From NCBI GenBank assembly GCA_013215655.1, contig JABSOX010000024.1, forward strand, positions 3,446 to 67,445: a stretch of 64,000 bases of DNA, written 5' to 3'. The position numbers were made by a program, and so were the translations under genes. Origin of the DNA: Colwellia sp. GTDB lineage: Bacteria; Pseudomonadota; Gammaproteobacteria; Enterobacterales; Alteromonadaceae. The notes below the pieces were generated by a model. It was not told the origin of the DNA, searched no databases, and was given only the letters and a program-made list of their open reading frames with translations. Below, piece by piece: positions 16,805 to 31,931 of the stretch (its first letter is position 1; every line of letters begins with the position of its first letter).

Positions 16805-18175
16805 TTAATTTTTAATTGGCCGTGGCCAATTGCTAATATTTCTTTGTTTTCCACGTGCAACCGCTAAATCATTATCTTCAACGTCTTTAACAATAACAGA
16901 ACCCGCACCAATGGTTGCCATTGCCCCAATATTTACAGGAGCTACAAGTGAGCTGTTAGAACCGACAAATGCGCCTTCGCCAATAACAGTTTTAAACTTG
17001 TTTACGCCATCATAATTACAAGTAATTGTGCCTGCACCAATGTTTACCCTAGCGCCGATATCACTATCGCCTAAATATGAAAGATGACCCGCTTTTGCGC
17101 CTTCTCCCAGAGTGGTATTTTTCATTTCTACAAAGTTGCCGACATGGGAATCGTTTTTCATTACCGATCCTGGGCGGATACGAGCAAATGGACCCAGTGA
17201 ACAATATTCACCAATTTCTGCACCTTCAATAATTGAGTGTGGTTTAATCTCAGTATTTTTACCTATAGTACAATTTTTTAAAATACTGTTCGCACCTATT
17301 ATCACACCATCGGCAATAGCTACTTTACCTTCAAATATACAATTTACATCTATGACCACTTCTTGGCCTACACTAATTTCTCCACGAACATCAATTCTTG
17401 CGGGATCCCGTAATGTTGCACCGGCAAGCATTAACTCTTCAGCTTGACGTGCCTGATAGGCACGCTCTAATACTGCAAGTTGCACGCGATTATTAGCGCC
17501 AGATACTTCAATCTCAGTATCAGGGTGAGCAGTAGTAATAGTTTTACCTTCTCTATGGGCGGCAGCAATGATATCTGTAAGGTAATATTCACCTTGGGCA
17601 TTGTCACTTGAGAGGTTTGATAACCAACGCTTTAAATCACCACCATTGGCCAATAAAATTCCAGTATTAGCTTCATTAATTAACAACTGCTCTGCACTAG
17701 CGTCTTTCTGTTCAATAATGCCAACTACTTGGCCATTATCTCTAACAATTCTGCCATAACCTGTTGGGTTAGCTAAGTTTACTGTTAATAACGACATTCC
17801 ATCACTAGGCTTTACCGCTATCAAACTTTCTAACGTCGTAACTTTCGTTAATGGTACATCCCCGTAGAGTACCAGTACATTTTCATCATCTTTAATAAAA
17901 GGAGAGGCCATATCAACTGCATGACCTGTGCCTAATTGATCTACTTGCTCAACAAAAGTTAAATCATCTCCTGATTGTTTATCGGTGAGTTGTGACTTTA
18001 AAACATCGCCGCCAAAGCCATAAACTACATATATATTACTGGCGTTTAATTGCCTAGCACTATCAATTACATGACTAACCATAGGTTTATCAGCAATAGG
18101 GTGTAGCACTTTAGGCAGAGAAGAGCGCATACGAGTACCTTTACCCGCGGCTAGGATGACAACTGAAAGAGACAT
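16805..18175 (-). CDS. glmU: Bifunctional UDP-GlcNAc pyrophosphorylase / GlcN-1-P acetyltransferase
   Basis: [25 protein letters not shown], hexapeptide repeats, GTITCNYDG. Confidence 0.99.
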   Translation of the reverse strand: MSLSVVILAAGKGTRMRSSLPKVLHPIADKPMVSHVIDSARQLNASNIYVVYGFGGDVLKSQLTDKQSGDDLTFVEQVDQLGTGHAVDMASPFIKDDENVLVLYGDVPLTKVTTLESLIAVKPSDGMSLLTVNLANPTGYGRIVRDNGQVVGIIEQKDASAEQLLINEANTGILLANGGDLKRWLSNLSSDNAQGEYYLTDIIAAAHREGKTITTAHPDTEIEVSGANNRVQLAVLERAYQARQAEELMLAGATLRDPARIDVRGEISVGQEVVIDVNCIFEGKVAIADGVIIGANSILKNCTIGKNTEIKPHSIIEGAEIGEYCSLGPFARIRPGSVMKNDSHVGNFVEMKNTTLGEGAKAGHLSYLGDSDIGARVNIGAGTITCNYDGVNKFKTVIGEGAFVGSNSSLVAPVNIGAMATIGAGSVIVKDVEDNDLAVARGKQRNISNWPRPIKN

Positions 18176-18369
18176 AGTTATTCCATTAGATGTTTTTATG
18201 ACGCTATTGTAGCGTTAATGATTGTTTGTTTAAATATTTGATCAGTTTTTTAATTTAATGAATTACCGATCAGCCCTCTTGAGGATGACCGCTATCGTCG
18301 CCCATTCAGTCACTGGCAACACAACATTACTTTAAAGGATCTAATAACTTATTATTCAACCCTAAATAT

Positions 18370-18407
18370 AAAAAAACGGCATTTACTATAAGTAAATGCC
18401 GTTTTTT
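18370..18407. terminator. Bidirectional terminator of the atp operon
   Basis: AAAAAAACGGCATTTAC-TATAA-GTAAATGCCGTTTTTT perfect stem. Confidence 0.9.
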
Positions 18408-18457
18408 GTTCACTAAAACTTAGTGTTTTCGGTATCTATAAGTTCGCTTGTAACAGT

Positions 18458-18880
18458 TTAAACTTTCTTTTTAGTCGCTTGAATTACGCGTAATTGCGCA
18501 GTCACACGAGCTAATTCTGCAGCTACTTCAGCATAGTCAACATCACCGCCATGAGCGTTCATGTGTTCTTCTGCACGTTGTTTAGCTTCTAAAACAACTT
18601 GTTCATCTAAATCGTCAGAGCGTACAGCAACATCTGCCAATACGGTCACACTATTTGGTTGAACTTCTAACATGCCACCAGAAAGATAAAGAATCTCTTC
18701 TTCTCCGCCGTATTTTACAATACGAGCCATACCAGGTTTTAGTGAGGTCAACAAAGGTGCGTGACCAGGCATAATACCTAATTCACCCTCTGTACCTGCG
18801 ATCTGTAGTGATTCAATACGACCAGAGAATATTTCCTCTTCGGCACTAACTACACTTAGATTTACTGTCATTGCTGACAT
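18458..18880 (-). CDS. atpC: ATP synthase epsilon subunit
   Basis: [23 protein letters not shown]. Confidence 0.97.
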   Translation of the reverse strand: MSAMTVNLSVVSAEEEIFSGRIESLQIAGTEGELGIMPGHAPLLTSLKPGMARIVKYGGEEEILYLSGGMLEVQPNSVTVLADVAVRSDDLDEQVVLEAKQRAEEHMNAHGGDVDYAEVAAELARVTAQLRVIQATKKKV

Positions 18881-18976
18881 ATCGACCTCCTAATAAGTAA
18901 GGTTAAGCTTAATCGTTCTTCAATTTACTAATGAGTAGTAACTAAAAACAACTAAGCTAAGTCCTTACTAATATGA

Positions 18977-20371
<1,395 letters not shown>

Positions 20372-20424
20372 TCAAATTTATAATTTAACGAAAACGTTAT
20401 TACCATAACTTGCTATTTAGAAAA

Positions 20425-21285
20425 CTAAACAGCCGCTGCACCAGCAACAATTTCACCCAATTCTTGAGTAATACTTGCTTGACGCGCTTTGTTATACACC
20501 AATTGTAAATCATCAATTAAGTCACTCGCATTATCAGTTGCAGATTTCATTGCAACCATACGAGCGGCTTGTTCACAGGCAAGGTTTTCAACCACGCCTT
20601 GATATACTTGAGATTCAACATAACGAACTAATAATTGCTCAAGCATTGCTTGTGCATCGGGTTCGTAAATGTAATCCCAACGATGTTTTATTTCTTCATC
20701 GTCTGACTTAGGTAACGGTAATAATTGATCTATTGTTGATTCTTGGGTCATGGTGTTAACAAATTTATTGTAAACAATAAATAATTTGTCAATTTCGCCA
20801 TTATCATAGGCATCTAACATCACCTTAACACTACCAATTAAATCGGTAATAGAAGGTCTGTCGCCTAAACCTGAAACCTGTGCGGTAACATTAGCTTTCA
20901 TATTATTGAAGAATGAAGTGGCTTTTGAACCCACTACCGCAAAATCTACTTCCGCGTCTTCACTCTGCCATTTGGCAGCATCTGCTAATACTTTTTTAAA
21001 CAAATTAACGTTTAAACCACCACACAAACCTCGGTCTGTTGATACCACAATATAACCAACACGCTTGACGGCACGCTCTTCCAAATAAGGATGGCGATAC
21101 TCTAAATTACCAAGCGCAATATGACCAATTACGTTTCGTATGTTCTGGGCATATGGACGAGAGGCAGCCATGCTTTCTTGCGCTTTGCGCATTTTGCTGG
21201 CTGCAACCATTTCCATAGCACTAGTGATCTTCTGAGTGTTTTTAACACTCGCGATCTTAGATTTTATCTCTTTACCACCGGCCAT
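20425..21285 (-). CDS. atpG: ATP synthase gamma subunit
   Basis: [29 protein letters not shown]. Confidence 0.99.
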   Translation of the reverse strand: MAGGKEIKSKIASVKNTQKITSAMEMVAASKMRKAQESMAASRPYAQNIRNVIGHIALGNLEYRHPYLEERAVKRVGYIVVSTDRGLCGGLNVNLFKKVLADAAKWQSEDAEVDFAVVGSKATSFFNNMKANVTAQVSGLGDRPSITDLIGSVKVMLDAYDNGEIDKLFIVYNKFVNTMTQESTIDQLLPLPKSDDEEIKHRWDYIYEPDAQAMLEQLLVRYVESQVYQGVVENLACEQAARMVAMKSATDNASDLIDDLQLVYNKARQASITQELGEIVAGAAAV

Positions 21286-21323
21286 GACTTTTCTCCGAAA
21301 CTTTATTTATGAATAAAAGATTC

Positions 21324-22865
21324 TTACCAAGTTTGCGTAGACTTGAATGACTCAAGTGCAGCATTTAAACTTGCTTCGATATCTTTATCGTATCCACCAG
21401 TTTCGTTGATTTTAGCCATCAACTCTGTATGTGCGCTGTTAACATAGGTATGTAACGCTGCTTCAAAATCACAGATTTTGTTTAAAGCAACATCGGTTAA
21501 ATAACCTTTTTCCGCAGCAAATAATGATACGGCTGTTTCAGCAACAGATAACGGGCTGTATTGATTTTGTTTCATCAATTCAGTAACACGTTGACCATGC
21601 TCTAATTGTGCGCGTGTTGCATCATCTAAATCAGAAGCAAACTGAGCAAAAGCCGCAAGTTCACGATATTGAGCAAGTGCTAAACGAATACCACCACCCA
21701 ATTTTTTAATGATTTTAGTTTGTGCAGCACCACCAACACGAGATACAGATAAACCGGCGTTAACCGCTGGACGAATACCTGAGTTGAATAAATCAGCCTC
21801 TAGGAATATTTGACCATCTGTGATCGAAATTACGTTTGTTGGTACAAAAGCAGAAACGTCACCCGCTTGAGTTTCGATAATAGGCAACGCAGTTAAAGAA
21901 CCGGTTTTACCTTTTACTTCACCGTTAGTGAATTTTTCAACATACGCTTCGTTTACACGAGCAGCACGTTCTAATAAACGACTGTGAAGGTAGAAAACAT
22001 CACCAGGGTAAGCTTCACGTCCTGGAGGACGACGAAGTAATAATGAAATTTGACGGTAAGCAACTGCTTGTTTAGACAAATCATCATATACGATCAGCGC
22101 ATCTTCACCACGGTCACGGAAGTATTCGCCCATAGAACAACCAGCGTATGGTGCTAAGTATTGTAGTGCAGCCGCTTCAGAAGCTGAGGCAACAACAATA
22201 ATAGTGTTTGCTAATGCGCCATGTTCTTCTAATTTACGTACCACGTTAGAAACAGTTGACGCTTTTTGGCCAATTGCTACGTAGATACATTTAATACCAG
22301 TATCTTTTTGATTGATAATGGCATCAAGTGCAATTGCAGATTTACCGATTTGACGGTCACCAATGATCAATTCACGTTGACCACGGCCAATTGGGATCAT
22401 TGAGTCAATAGACTTAATACCCGTTTGTACTGGTTGATCAACAGATTTACGTTCAATAACACCCGGAGCTACTACTTCTACTGGAGAGAAACCATCGTTT
22501 TCGATTGGTCCTTTACCATCAATAGGCTCACCTAATGTATTAACAACGCGGCCTAATAAACCACGTCCTACTGGTACTTCCAATATACGACCAGTACATT
22601 TTACTTTATCGCCTTCTGCTAAATCAGCATATGGACCCATAACTACCGCACCGACCGAATCACGGTCAAGGTTTAACGCGATAGCATAACGGCTACCAGG
22701 AAGTTCGATCATCTCACCTTGCATTACATCAGCAAGGCCATGGATGCGAATGATACCATCTGTTACAGAAACGATAGTACCTTCATTACGAGCTTCGCTG
22801 ACAACGTTGAACTGTTCAATTCTTTTCTTGATCAGTTCAGCGATTTCAGTGGAATTCAGTTGCAT
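21324..22865 (-). CDS. atpA: ATP synthase alpha subunit
   Basis: [31 protein letters not shown]. Confidence 0.99.
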   Translation of the reverse strand: MQLNSTEIAELIKKRIEQFNVVSEARNEGTIVSVTDGIIRIHGLADVMQGEMIELPGSRYAIALNLDRDSVGAVVMGPYADLAEGDKVKCTGRILEVPVGRGLLGRVVNTLGEPIDGKGPIENDGFSPVEVVAPGVIERKSVDQPVQTGIKSIDSMIPIGRGQRELIIGDRQIGKSAIALDAIINQKDTGIKCIYVAIGQKASTVSNVVRKLEEHGALANTIIVVASASEAAALQYLAPYAGCSMGEYFRDRGEDALIVYDDLSKQAVAYRQISLLLRRPPGREAYPGDVFYLHSRLLERAARVNEAYVEKFTNGEVKGKTGSLTALPIIETQAGDVSAFVPTNVISITDGQIFLEADLFNSGIRPAVNAGLSVSRVGGAAQTKIIKKLGGGIRLALAQYRELAAFAQFASDLDDATRAQLEHGQRVTELMKQNQYSPLSVAETAVSLFAAEKGYLTDVALNKICDFEAALHTYVNSAHTELMAKINETGGYDKDIEASLNAALESFKSTQTW

Positions 22866-22890
22866 GCTCTGTTCCCTTATCTCTTAAATG

Positions 22891-23424
22891 CTATGATTGC
22901 ATTGCTGTTGCTAAACGATTCAATTTATTTCTAAATGAACCATCGATAACCATGTCACCGGCTTTAATAACCAGACCAGACACAATACTTACATCAACAC
23001 TACAATTGAGCTTTACTTTACGATCCAAACGCTTTTCAAGCGCGGTGCTTATTGATGTTAATTTATCAGCAGTTAATTCAACTGCTGAAGTAACATCAAC
23101 CAATACGGTTTTCTCATGTTCAGCTTTTAATTCACCAAATTGAGTAACCACTTGGGGTAACACCGAAAGGCGTCCATTTTCAGCCAATATTTTAATAAAA
23201 TTTTGGCCTTCACTGTTAAGTTGTTCAGCACAGACTTTTAAAAAAATGTCTTGTGCTTGGTCAACCGATGCACCACCTGAAAGGAAACCTTTAATGGTGT
23301 CATCTTTTGAAACTTCTGCAGCAAATACTAGCATTTCTAACCAAGTATCTACGGCATTAGCTTCAACAGCAAAGTCGAACGCTGCTTTAGCGTAGGGACG
23401 AGCGACGGTTGTCAATTCAGACAT
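22891..23424 (-). CDS. atpH: ATP synthase delta subunit
   Basis: MSELTTVARPYAKAAF, GDMVIDGS. Confidence 0.97.
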   Translation of the reverse strand: MSELTTVARPYAKAAFDFAVEANAVDTWLEMLVFAAEVSKDDTIKGFLSGGASVDQAQDIFLKVCAEQLNSEGQNFIKILAENGRLSVLPQVVTQFGELKAEHEKTVLVDVTSAVELTADKLTSISTALEKRLDRKVKLNCSVDVSIVSGLVIKAGDMVIDGSFRNKLNRLATAMQS

Positions 23425-23438
23425 AGCTCATTCCCCTC

Positions 23439-23909
23439 TTAAAGTTCAGCTACAAGTTTATCTAAAATGTCGCTATGTGCAGCGGCATCGATTGAACGCT
23501 CAAGAATTTTCTCGGCACCCGCTATAGCTAGAACAGCGACTTGTTGACGAAGTTCTTCTTTAGCTTGATTACGTTCTGTTTCTATTTCAGCATGACCGGC
23601 AGCTAATATTTTAGCTTTTTCGGCTTCAGCTTTACCCGCGGCTTCTTCAACTATTTGTGCTTCACGCTTTTTAGCAGCATCTACGATGCTAGCTGCTTGC
23701 GCTTTGGCTTCTTTAAGTTGTTCCGTCGCTTTAGCTTGAGCAAGCTCAAGATCTTTAGCCGCACGGTCTGAAGCTGCAAGGCCGTCAGCAATAGTAGCTT
23801 GACGAGTTTCAATGGCTGCCATAATAGGTGGCCAAACAAACTTCATGCAGAAAAATACAAATACGACAAACGCAATTAATTCACCAATTATCGTGGCATT
23901 AATATTCAT
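23439..23909 (-). CDS. atpF: ATP synthase subunit b
   Basis: [35 protein letters not shown]. Confidence 0.98.
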   Translation of the reverse strand: MNINATIIGELIAFVVFVFFCMKFVWPPIMAAIETRQATIADGLAASDRAAKDLELAQAKATEQLKEAKAQAASIVDAAKKREAQIVEEAAGKAEAEKAKILAAGHAEIETERNQAKEELRQQVAVLAIAGAEKILERSIDAAAHSDILDKLVAEL

Positions 23910-23956
23910 TTGTGTACCTCCTATAAATTATTCGTGTAATAAATAAAGTTAAAAAA

Positions 23957-24223
<267 letters not shown>

Positions 24224-24341
24224 TTAAAGTAAAATTAAAAAGTTAATGTTTTTCTAGGCTTCCAGCCTTAACCTCTTTCGAGGCCGACCTCCGTCGTTTA
24301 AATTCTTTCCAGAATAATGAGTATTTCAAGCATCCTGCAAA

Positions 24342-25537
<1,196 letters not shown>

Positions 25538-25766
25538 TATGTTTAACACTAACCTCATACGATAACATTCGTAAAACAGAGACATTTTTAAAGTTAAAGT
25601 TTTAACTTTAAAAACCAGCGCAAGTATACTGAATTGCGTCTTGATTGCAACAAAATAGGTCTTTGTTGCACCACTAATATGCAAATACTCATTTGAATTG
25701 AACGTAACTAAAAGTTTGGATAACCAGATAAGCGATCATTTATTGAAATCTACTAATTAAATACAT

Positions 25767-25806
25767 AAAAAAACAGCCAGACAAATTTAATGAATAGCTG
25801 TTTTTT
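25767..25806 (-). terminator. Terminator after parB
   Basis: AAAAAAACAGC...GCTGTTTTTT. Confidence 0.6.
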
Positions 25807-25866
25807 AGTTTGTATTTTTATTGTTAACTTTATATTTACATAAATAAAGCAATTATAAATAAGTGT

Positions 25867-26748
25867 TTAGAATGAGCGAAATCTAGCAACTATACCGTCA
25901 AGCTCATCTAAATTGGTATAAGAAATAACCAGTTTCCCTTTGCCTTTTTTATTATGGGTAATAGCTACTTGTGATCCTAGCTTTTCAGAAAGGCTTTGTT
26001 CTAATGCTTTGGTATCAGGGTCTTCAACTTTTTTAACAACGTCTTTAACTGGTGCTTGTACTTTTTTAATTAAAGCTTCAGTTTCTCGTACGGTTAATTC
26101 TTTAGCTACCACCATGCGTGCGGTATTAGTTTGTTCATCATCAGACAATGCTAACAAAGCCCGTGCATGACCCATTTCTATATCACCATGTTCAAGAAAT
26201 GTTTTAACTTCACTGTTTAAATTATTTAAACGTAACAAATTTGTTACTGTTGTTCTGGATTTACCTACCGCATCAGCAACTTCTTGATGTGTTAATTCAA
26301 ATTCCATTAAAAGTCTTTCTAATGCTATCGCTTCTTCCATCGCATTAAGATCTTCACGTTGAATATTTTCAATAAGGGCAATAGCAACTGCAGATTCATC
26401 TGGCACATCTTTAATTATACAAGGAACTAAATCTAATTCCGCAAGTTGTGCAGCTCGCCATCGTCTCTCGCCAGCAATAATTTCATAACTATGCTCACTA
26501 ATGGGTCGAACAATAATAGGCTGAATAATCCCTTGAGATTTTATTGAATTTGAAAGATCATTTAAAGCATCAACAGACATATCTTTACGTGGCTGATATT
26601 TACCTGGATGCAATTGCTCAATCGGTAGCTTTTGCAACTCACTTTGATGAGCAATATTTTTAGCTTCTTGTTCTGATAGACCTCTAGGTGCAGATGTTAA
26701 TAAAGCATCAAGACCTCTGCCTAGGCCTCTACGTTTAGATGGGCTCAT
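25867..26748 (-). CDS. parB: Chromosome partitioning protein ParB
   Basis: GLGRGLDALL, YQPRK, IIAGERRWRAA, ENIQREDLN, GKSRTTVTNLLRL. Confidence 0.97.
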   Translation of the reverse strand: MSPSKRRGLGRGLDALLTSAPRGLSEQEAKNIAHQSELQKLPIEQLHPGKYQPRKDMSVDALNDLSNSIKSQGIIQPIIVRPISEHSYEIIAGERRWRAAQLAELDLVPCIIKDVPDESAVAIALIENIQREDLNAMEEAIALERLLMEFELTHQEVADAVGKSRTTVTNLLRLNNLNSEVKTFLEHGDIEMGHARALLALSDDEQTNTARMVVAKELTVRETEALIKKVQAPVKDVVKKVEDPDTKALEQSLSEKLGSQVAITHNKKGKGKLVISYTNLDELDGIVARFRSF

Positions 26749-26776
26749 AATAATTTTGCTCTTTTATACAGATAAG

Positions 26777-27574
26777 TTAACTAACTTTTACTTGTTTTTT
26801 TATTTTTGATCGATCATTACGACGTAATACTTCACCAGCTAAAGCTAAATATGCTTTAGCACCAGTAGACGATTTATCATAATACATTGCTGGTGTGCCA
26901 AAACTTGGTGCTTCAGCTAAACGAACATTACGAGGTATAACGGTACGGTAAACTTTATCGCCAAAATGTCGTTTTAATTGCTCTGAAACATCATTAGCTA
27001 AACGATTTCGAGGATCGTACATAGTACGTAAAATCCCTTCAATATGTAAATTACTATTCACAACAGACGTTAATTTAGAAATGGTATCCATTAATGCTGT
27101 TAAGCCTTCAAGGGCATAATATTCACATTGCATCGGGACTAAAACTGAATCTGCAGCGGTCATTGCATTTACCGTTAACATGTTTAGCGAAGGAGGGCAG
27201 TCAATAATTATATAGTCATAATAATTTTTTACAGCAGACAATGCATTTTTTAATCGATGTTCTCGTGAATATACTTCCATTAATTTAATTTCTGCTGCAG
27301 TGACATCGGTATTAGCAGCAATTAAGTCATAAACTCCGGAAGTTTTTTTACAAACAACCTGATCAAAAGGCTTTTCTTCAATTAGCAATTCATAACAGGT
27401 GGCATGTACTTCATATTTATCAATGCCGCTCGCCATGGTCGCATTGCCTTGAGGATCTAAGTCGACTAATAGGACTTTGCGCTTAGTTGCTGCCAATGAT
27501 GCGGCTAGATTCACAGAGGTCGTTGTTTTTCCTACGCCACCTTTTTGGTTAGCAACCGCTATAATTTTTCCCAC
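26777..27574 (-). CDS. parA: Chromosome partitioning ATPase ParA/Soj
   Basis: [39 protein letters not shown]. Confidence 0.97.
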   Translation of the reverse strand: MGKIIAVANQKGGVGKTTTSVNLAASLAATKRKVLLVDLDPQGNATMASGIDKYEVHATCYELLIEEKPFDQVVCKKTSGVYDLIAANTDVTAAEIKLMEVYSREHRLKNALSAVKNYYDYIIIDCPPSLNMLTVNAMTAADSVLVPMQCEYYALEGLTALMDTISKLTSVVNSNLHIEGILRTMYDPRNRLANDVSEQLKRHFGDKVYRTVIPRNVRLAEAPSFGTPAMYYDKSSTGAKAYLALAGEVLRRNDRSKIKKQVKVS

Positions 27575-27591
27575 AATAACCTCTAACGTGA

Positions 27592-28227
27592 TTAATTTTT
27601 TATTATTTTTTTAAGTTCAATGACATGACGCTCACCTTGTAAATTAGGCACGATTATTTCGCTGCTGTCTACAAACTTTATTTGTTCTGGTAAATGTTCT
27701 ATTTCTTCGCGAGGATATTGGCCTTTTAATGCAAAAAAACGACCACTTTCATTAGCAATTAAATGTTGACACCAATTGACCATATCTTCAAGTGAAGCAA
27801 ATGCTCGACTTAATACACCATCAAATAAGGTTTCAGGTTGGTAGTCTTCAACTCGAGATAAAACAGGAGTTACATTATTAAGTTTTAATTGAAAAACAAC
27901 TTGCCGTAAAAAAGTAATGCGTTTACCTAAGCTATCAAGTAATACAAATTTTCGTTCTGGAAATAATATAGCGAGTGGAATCCCTGGTAAACCAGGACCG
28001 GTACCTACATCAATAAATGACTCACCTTTTAATACCTTACCAACCATTAAGCTATCCATAATATGTTTAATTAACATATCACTGGTATCGCGTACGGCGG
28101 TAAGATTATAGGTCTTGTTCCATTTATTTAATAACTCAACGTATTGAATTAATAAATCTACTTGTTTTTCGGTAAGTACTAATTGGGCTTGACCAATCAA
28201 TAAAGTAAGTTGAGTTTTAAGTGTCAT
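27592..28227 (-). CDS. rsmG: 16S rRNA m7G527 methyltransferase
   Basis: [30 protein letters not shown]. Confidence 0.97.
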   Translation of the reverse strand: MTLKTQLTLLIGQAQLVLTEKQVDLLIQYVELLNKWNKTYNLTAVRDTSDMLIKHIMDSLMVGKVLKGESFIDVGTGPGLPGIPLAILFPERKFVLLDSLGKRITFLRQVVFQLKLNNVTPVLSRVEDYQPETLFDGVLSRAFASLEDMVNWCQHLIANESGRFFALKGQYPREEIEHLPEQIKFVDSSEIIVPNLQGERHVIELKKIIKN

Positions 28228-28269
28228 TTATTTTTTCGCATATATAATGTTTGCAGGAATCAACAGATT

Positions 28270-30159
28270 TTAAGCAGTTTTACGTAATAAACCATGCTTT
28301 TTGAGATAAACCAAAAGTAATGATATTGCTGCGGGTGTAATACCTGAAATCCGTGATGCTTTACCAAGTGTTTCAGGGCGAGCATCTGATAGTTTTGCAA
28401 CAACTTCATTTGATAAACCTGATATTTGAGAAAAATCAAAATCTATGGGGATCAGTGTATGTTCATGCCTTTTTTTCTTGGCTATTTCTTCTAGTTGTTG
28501 ACCAATATATCCTGCATATTTAGTTTGAATTTCTATTTGATCAGCGGCTTGTTTATTTTTTAATCCCGGACCAAATGTTTCGATAGCCATTAGATCTTTA
28601 TATTTAACTTCAGGTCGACGAATAAGTTCTTCTAAATTATTTTCTTTACTAATAGGAGATTTTAATAATAAATTAACTTCGTCAACAGCTTTATGATCCT
28701 TTTGCACCCAAATTGATTTTAAACGCTGACGTTCTAACTCAATACTTTCCATTTTTTCGCAAAATTGTTGCCAACGTTGATCACATACTAAGCCTAATTT
28801 ACGACCTGCTTCTGTTAAACGACTATCGGCATTGTCTTCACGTAATAATAAACGATATTCTGCACGAGAAGTAAACATACGATAAGGTTCTTTAGTACCC
28901 AAGGTTGCTAAATCATCAATGAGAACACCAATATAGGCTTGATCACGACCCAATATTAATTCATCTTTACCTTGTATACGACATGCAGCATTGGCGCCAG
29001 CAATAAGTCCTTGTGCTCCCGCTTCTTCGTAACCTGTAGTACCATTTATTTGCCCAGCAAAATATAAGTTTTTAATAAATTTGCTTTCTAAACTTTGCTT
29101 GAGATCTCGAGGATCAAAATAATCATATTCTATTGCATAACCTGGACGAGTAATATGAGCATTTTCAAAACCTTTAATTGAACGTACCAAATCCATCTGT
29201 ACATCAAACGGTAAACTCGTAGATATACCGTTAGGGTATACTTCATGTGTTGTTAAACCTTCTGGTTCAACAAAAATTTGATGTGAATCTTTATCTGCAA
29301 ATCGAGTTATTTTATCTTCAATTGAAGGACAATATCTTGGACCAACACCTTCAATGACACCCGTATACATGGGAGATCGATCCAGACCATTACGAATAAT
29401 ATCATGCGTGTTTTTATTGGTATGAGTGATATAACAAGATATTTGCTGTGGATGATCCTGTTGAGATCCCATAAAAGAAAAAATTGGTGTCGGCGTATCA
29501 CCGGGTTGTTCTTGCATTACTGAATAATCAAGCGTTCTTGCATCTAAGCGTGGCGGTGTTCCAGTTTTTAATCGGTCAATTCTAAAAGGCATATCACGTA
29601 GACGTTTTGCTAAATTATTACTTGCAGGATCTCCTGCTCGGCCACCTTGATAATTATTTAAACCAATATGAATCTGTCCCGCAAGGAATGTACCTACCGT
29701 TAGAACTACCGTTTTAGCTTTAAACTTTAAGCCCATTTGTGTTGAAACACCGACAACTTGATCATTTTCTATAATAAGATCATCACAAGGTTGTTGAAAA
29801 ATAGTTAAGTTTTTTTGGTTTTCTAAATAATTTCTAACAAAAGATCGATATAAAATACGGTCTGCTTGAGCTCTTGTCGCTCTAACGGCAGGTCCTTTGC
29901 TCGCATTTAATGTTCTAAATTGAATTGCAGCGTGATCAATTGCTGTTGCCATTAATCCGCCTAGCGCATCAATTTCTTTTACTAAATGACCTTTGCCGAT
30001 ACCGCCAATAGCTGGATTACACGACATTTGACCTAAAGTATCAATATTATGAGTAAGCAATAGTGTTCTACAGCCCATACGTGCTGCTGACAAACATGCT
30101 TCAGTACCTGCATGTCCACCACCAATTACTATTACGTCATATGACTCTTGATACCACAT
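28270..30159 (-). CDS. mnmG: tRNA U34 carboxymethylaminomethyl modification enzyme (GidA)
   Basis: [42 protein letters not shown]. Confidence 0.99.
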   Translation of the reverse strand: MWYQESYDVIVIGGGHAGTEACLSAARMGCRTLLLTHNIDTLGQMSCNPAIGGIGKGHLVKEIDALGGLMATAIDHAAIQFRTLNASKGPAVRATRAQADRILYRSFVRNYLENQKNLTIFQQPCDDLIIENDQVVGVSTQMGLKFKAKTVVLTVGTFLAGQIHIGLNNYQGGRAGDPASNNLAKRLRDMPFRIDRLKTGTPPRLDARTLDYSVMQEQPGDTPTPIFSFMGSQQDHPQQISCYITHTNKNTHDIIRNGLDRSPMYTGVIEGVGPRYCPSIEDKITRFADKDSHQIFVEPEGLTTHEVYPNGISTSLPFDVQMDLVRSIKGFENAHITRPGYAIEYDYFDPRDLKQSLESKFIKNLYFAGQINGTTGYEEAGAQGLIAGANAACRIQGKDELILGRDQAYIGVLIDDLATLGTKEPYRMFTSRAEYRLLLREDNADSRLTEAGRKLGLVCDQRWQQFCEKMESIELERQRLKSIWVQKDHKAVDEVNLLLKSPISKENNLEELIRRPEVKYKDLMAIETFGPGLKNKQAADQIEIQTKYAGYIGQQLEEIAKKKRHEHTLIPIDFDFSQISGLSNEVVAKLSDARPETLGKASRISGITPAAISLLLVYLKKHGLLRKTA

Positions 30160-30239
30160 TAAATTTGACCTTTTGTTTATTACAATTCAATAGACTTTAA
30201 AATTCAGGCACGTATTTTAACTCTTTTTTAGGAGGAGGG

Positions 30240-30570
30240 GAATGATCAAAGAGGTAAAAAAGATCACGTTAAGATCGTCTCTATAAAATAAAGATCTTTA
30301 TTTAGATCTTATTACTATTACTTATTAAGGGCTAAATATTCTGTTGATAAGTGCTTTTTTCCTTTTACTTTTATAGTATTAGATATCAGTAAAGGTTGTT
30401 AATAAAGTTTGATCAAACAGGAGATAAGCTTTGATCAAATATGTATCTTATTCACAAAAATATTTATAAATAATTATATACACTGAATAATAATAAGAAA
30501 TTAATAGCTTATACCCAAAGTTATACACAATATGTATTTTTAATTTGTATTATTGTTGATAACTTATGGG
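30240..30570. other. Chromosomal replication origin oriC
   Basis: Between mnmG and mioC; GATC at 30244, 30262, 30273, 30293, 30305, 30411, 30433; 13-mer-like GATCTTTATTTAG and GATCTTATTACTA; DnaA-box-like TGTTGATAA 30342, TTATTCACA 30448, TTATACCCA 30509, TTATACACA 30521, TGTTGATAA 30554; dominant gene orientation flips across this region. Confidence 0.9.
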
Positions 30571-30578
30571 TAAACAGT

Positions 30579-31022
30579 TTAAAAGAGATCTTTATTTTCA
30601 TTTAGCCATTGTTGAGCGCATTCTTCAGGATCTATATCTAGGCTCATATCTAGGCTTAAATTTTCTAATATTTTATTACATCCCTTTGATATTAAAATAC
30701 TTTCTATTTTTTTTGCTGCTTGACAAAAAGTATCGTAATTGGAATCACCTACTCCTATAACAATAAATGATGTTGAGGATAGATCTTGATCACAGGCAGA
30801 TAGATCAGCAGCAAATTCTTGAATATTGTCGGGAAGATCCCCTGCGCCGTGTGTTGATGTACATATTAGCCAAATTTGATTGCTGCTTATAATTTGCTCA
30901 AATGTTGGTTTTAAATGTAAGGAAACATTATGTTTTAGTGCTACTAATTTTTCTTCGCATGCTTCTGCAACATATTCTGTTCCACCTAACATACTACCAA
31001 CGATAATTTGAAATTCTGCCAT
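30579..31022 (-). CDS. mioC: Flavodoxin-like protein MioC
   Basis: GSMLGGTEYVA, CTSTHGAGDLPDN, GDSNYDTFC; adjacent to oriC. Confidence 0.95.
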   Translation of the reverse strand: MAEFQIIVGSMLGGTEYVAEACEEKLVALKHNVSLHLKPTFEQIISSNQIWLICTSTHGAGDLPDNIQEFAADLSACDQDLSSTSFIVIGVGDSNYDTFCQAAKKIESILISKGCNKILENLSLDMSLDIDPEECAQQWLNENKDLF

Positions 31023-31218
31023 TTAACATACTCTTTATAATTGTTTTGCTAGCACACTTTAGCGTGTTTTTCGGCATGTGTAACTATTGAAGTATGCATA
31101 TATATGTTCTTTTATGTTGCAATATAAGAGGGGAAAAATAGTTTATTACAATTTGAAAAACCTAGAAATATTATTATTGGTTATTATTAGTTTTTAAATT
31201 ATTAATAAGGTTTATTTT

Positions 31219-31767
31219 ATGAGTAAATATTTAGCTAAACTTAGTATTTTCTTTATGATTTTATCATTTTCCGTTTTAAGCCATGCTGTTTCGGATAATA
31301 AAATAATCAAAGCAAATGATTACAATAGATCTTTAAAATCAGCAATTATGCTTTATAAGAAAGATAATTATTTGAAAGCATTACCTGCATTGGAATTGTT
31401 TGCCAGAAGAGGTGATAAAATGGCTCAATATATAGTTGGAACTATGTATTTAAACGGCCAAGGCTCAGAACAAGATTTGTTAAAGAGTTATGCATGGTTA
31501 ACTGTTGCTAATGAGCAAAAAAGTAAAGCATGGCTTAAACCTTTAGAAATGCTACAAGAAAAATTACCTAATGATTTTTTAGTTTTGGCTAAAGAAGAAG
31601 GTATAAAGTATATAGATAATTTTGGGATTACAACACAACGTTTATCTTGTAAAAATGTAAAAACTATAGGGTCAAGAACTCCGAAACATCATTGTAAAAA
31701 GTTACAAGTGAGAAAAGGATATTTTTATATCAACGATAATATAAATTATGCAAATAATTCTACGTAA
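31219..31767 (+). CDS. Secreted Sel1-repeat protein
   Basis: Signal peptide; A..GDKMAQY.VG.MYLNGQG..QD..KSYAWL..A Sel1 repeat. Confidence 0.8.
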   Translation: MSKYLAKLSIFFMILSFSVLSHAVSDNKIIKANDYNRSLKSAIMLYKKDNYLKALPALELFARRGDKMAQYIVGTMYLNGQGSEQDLLKSYAWLTVANEQKSKAWLKPLEMLQEKLPNDFLVLAKEEGIKYIDNFGITTQRLSCKNVKTIGSRTPKHHCKKLQVRKGYFYINDNINYANNST

Positions 31768-31793
31768 TTATTTATTTTATTTAAAAAACTTAG

Positions 31794-31826
31794 AACGCTC
31801 TTATAATTCAATTTAAGAGCGTTTTA
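31794..31826. terminator. Terminator between convergent genes
   Basis: AACGCTCTTA-N10-TAAGAGCGTT stem. Confidence 0.65.
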
Positions 31827-31931
31827 GTAATATAAGCTTTTATTTGTATGAGTGGCTAATTGGTTTATTTTTAGTCCTAAAGCTAGATAAATACGTTCGA
31901 TAAATAAAATTTTATACCAATGTGATGTTCG

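Noticed and set aside
25538-25684. N-terminal extensions given by the ORF track for atpI (and likewise yidC, mnmE, def, pepQ, atpE and the DGC)
   Set aside because: Homolog N-termini and SD positions support downstream starts; the extensions are open frame by chance.
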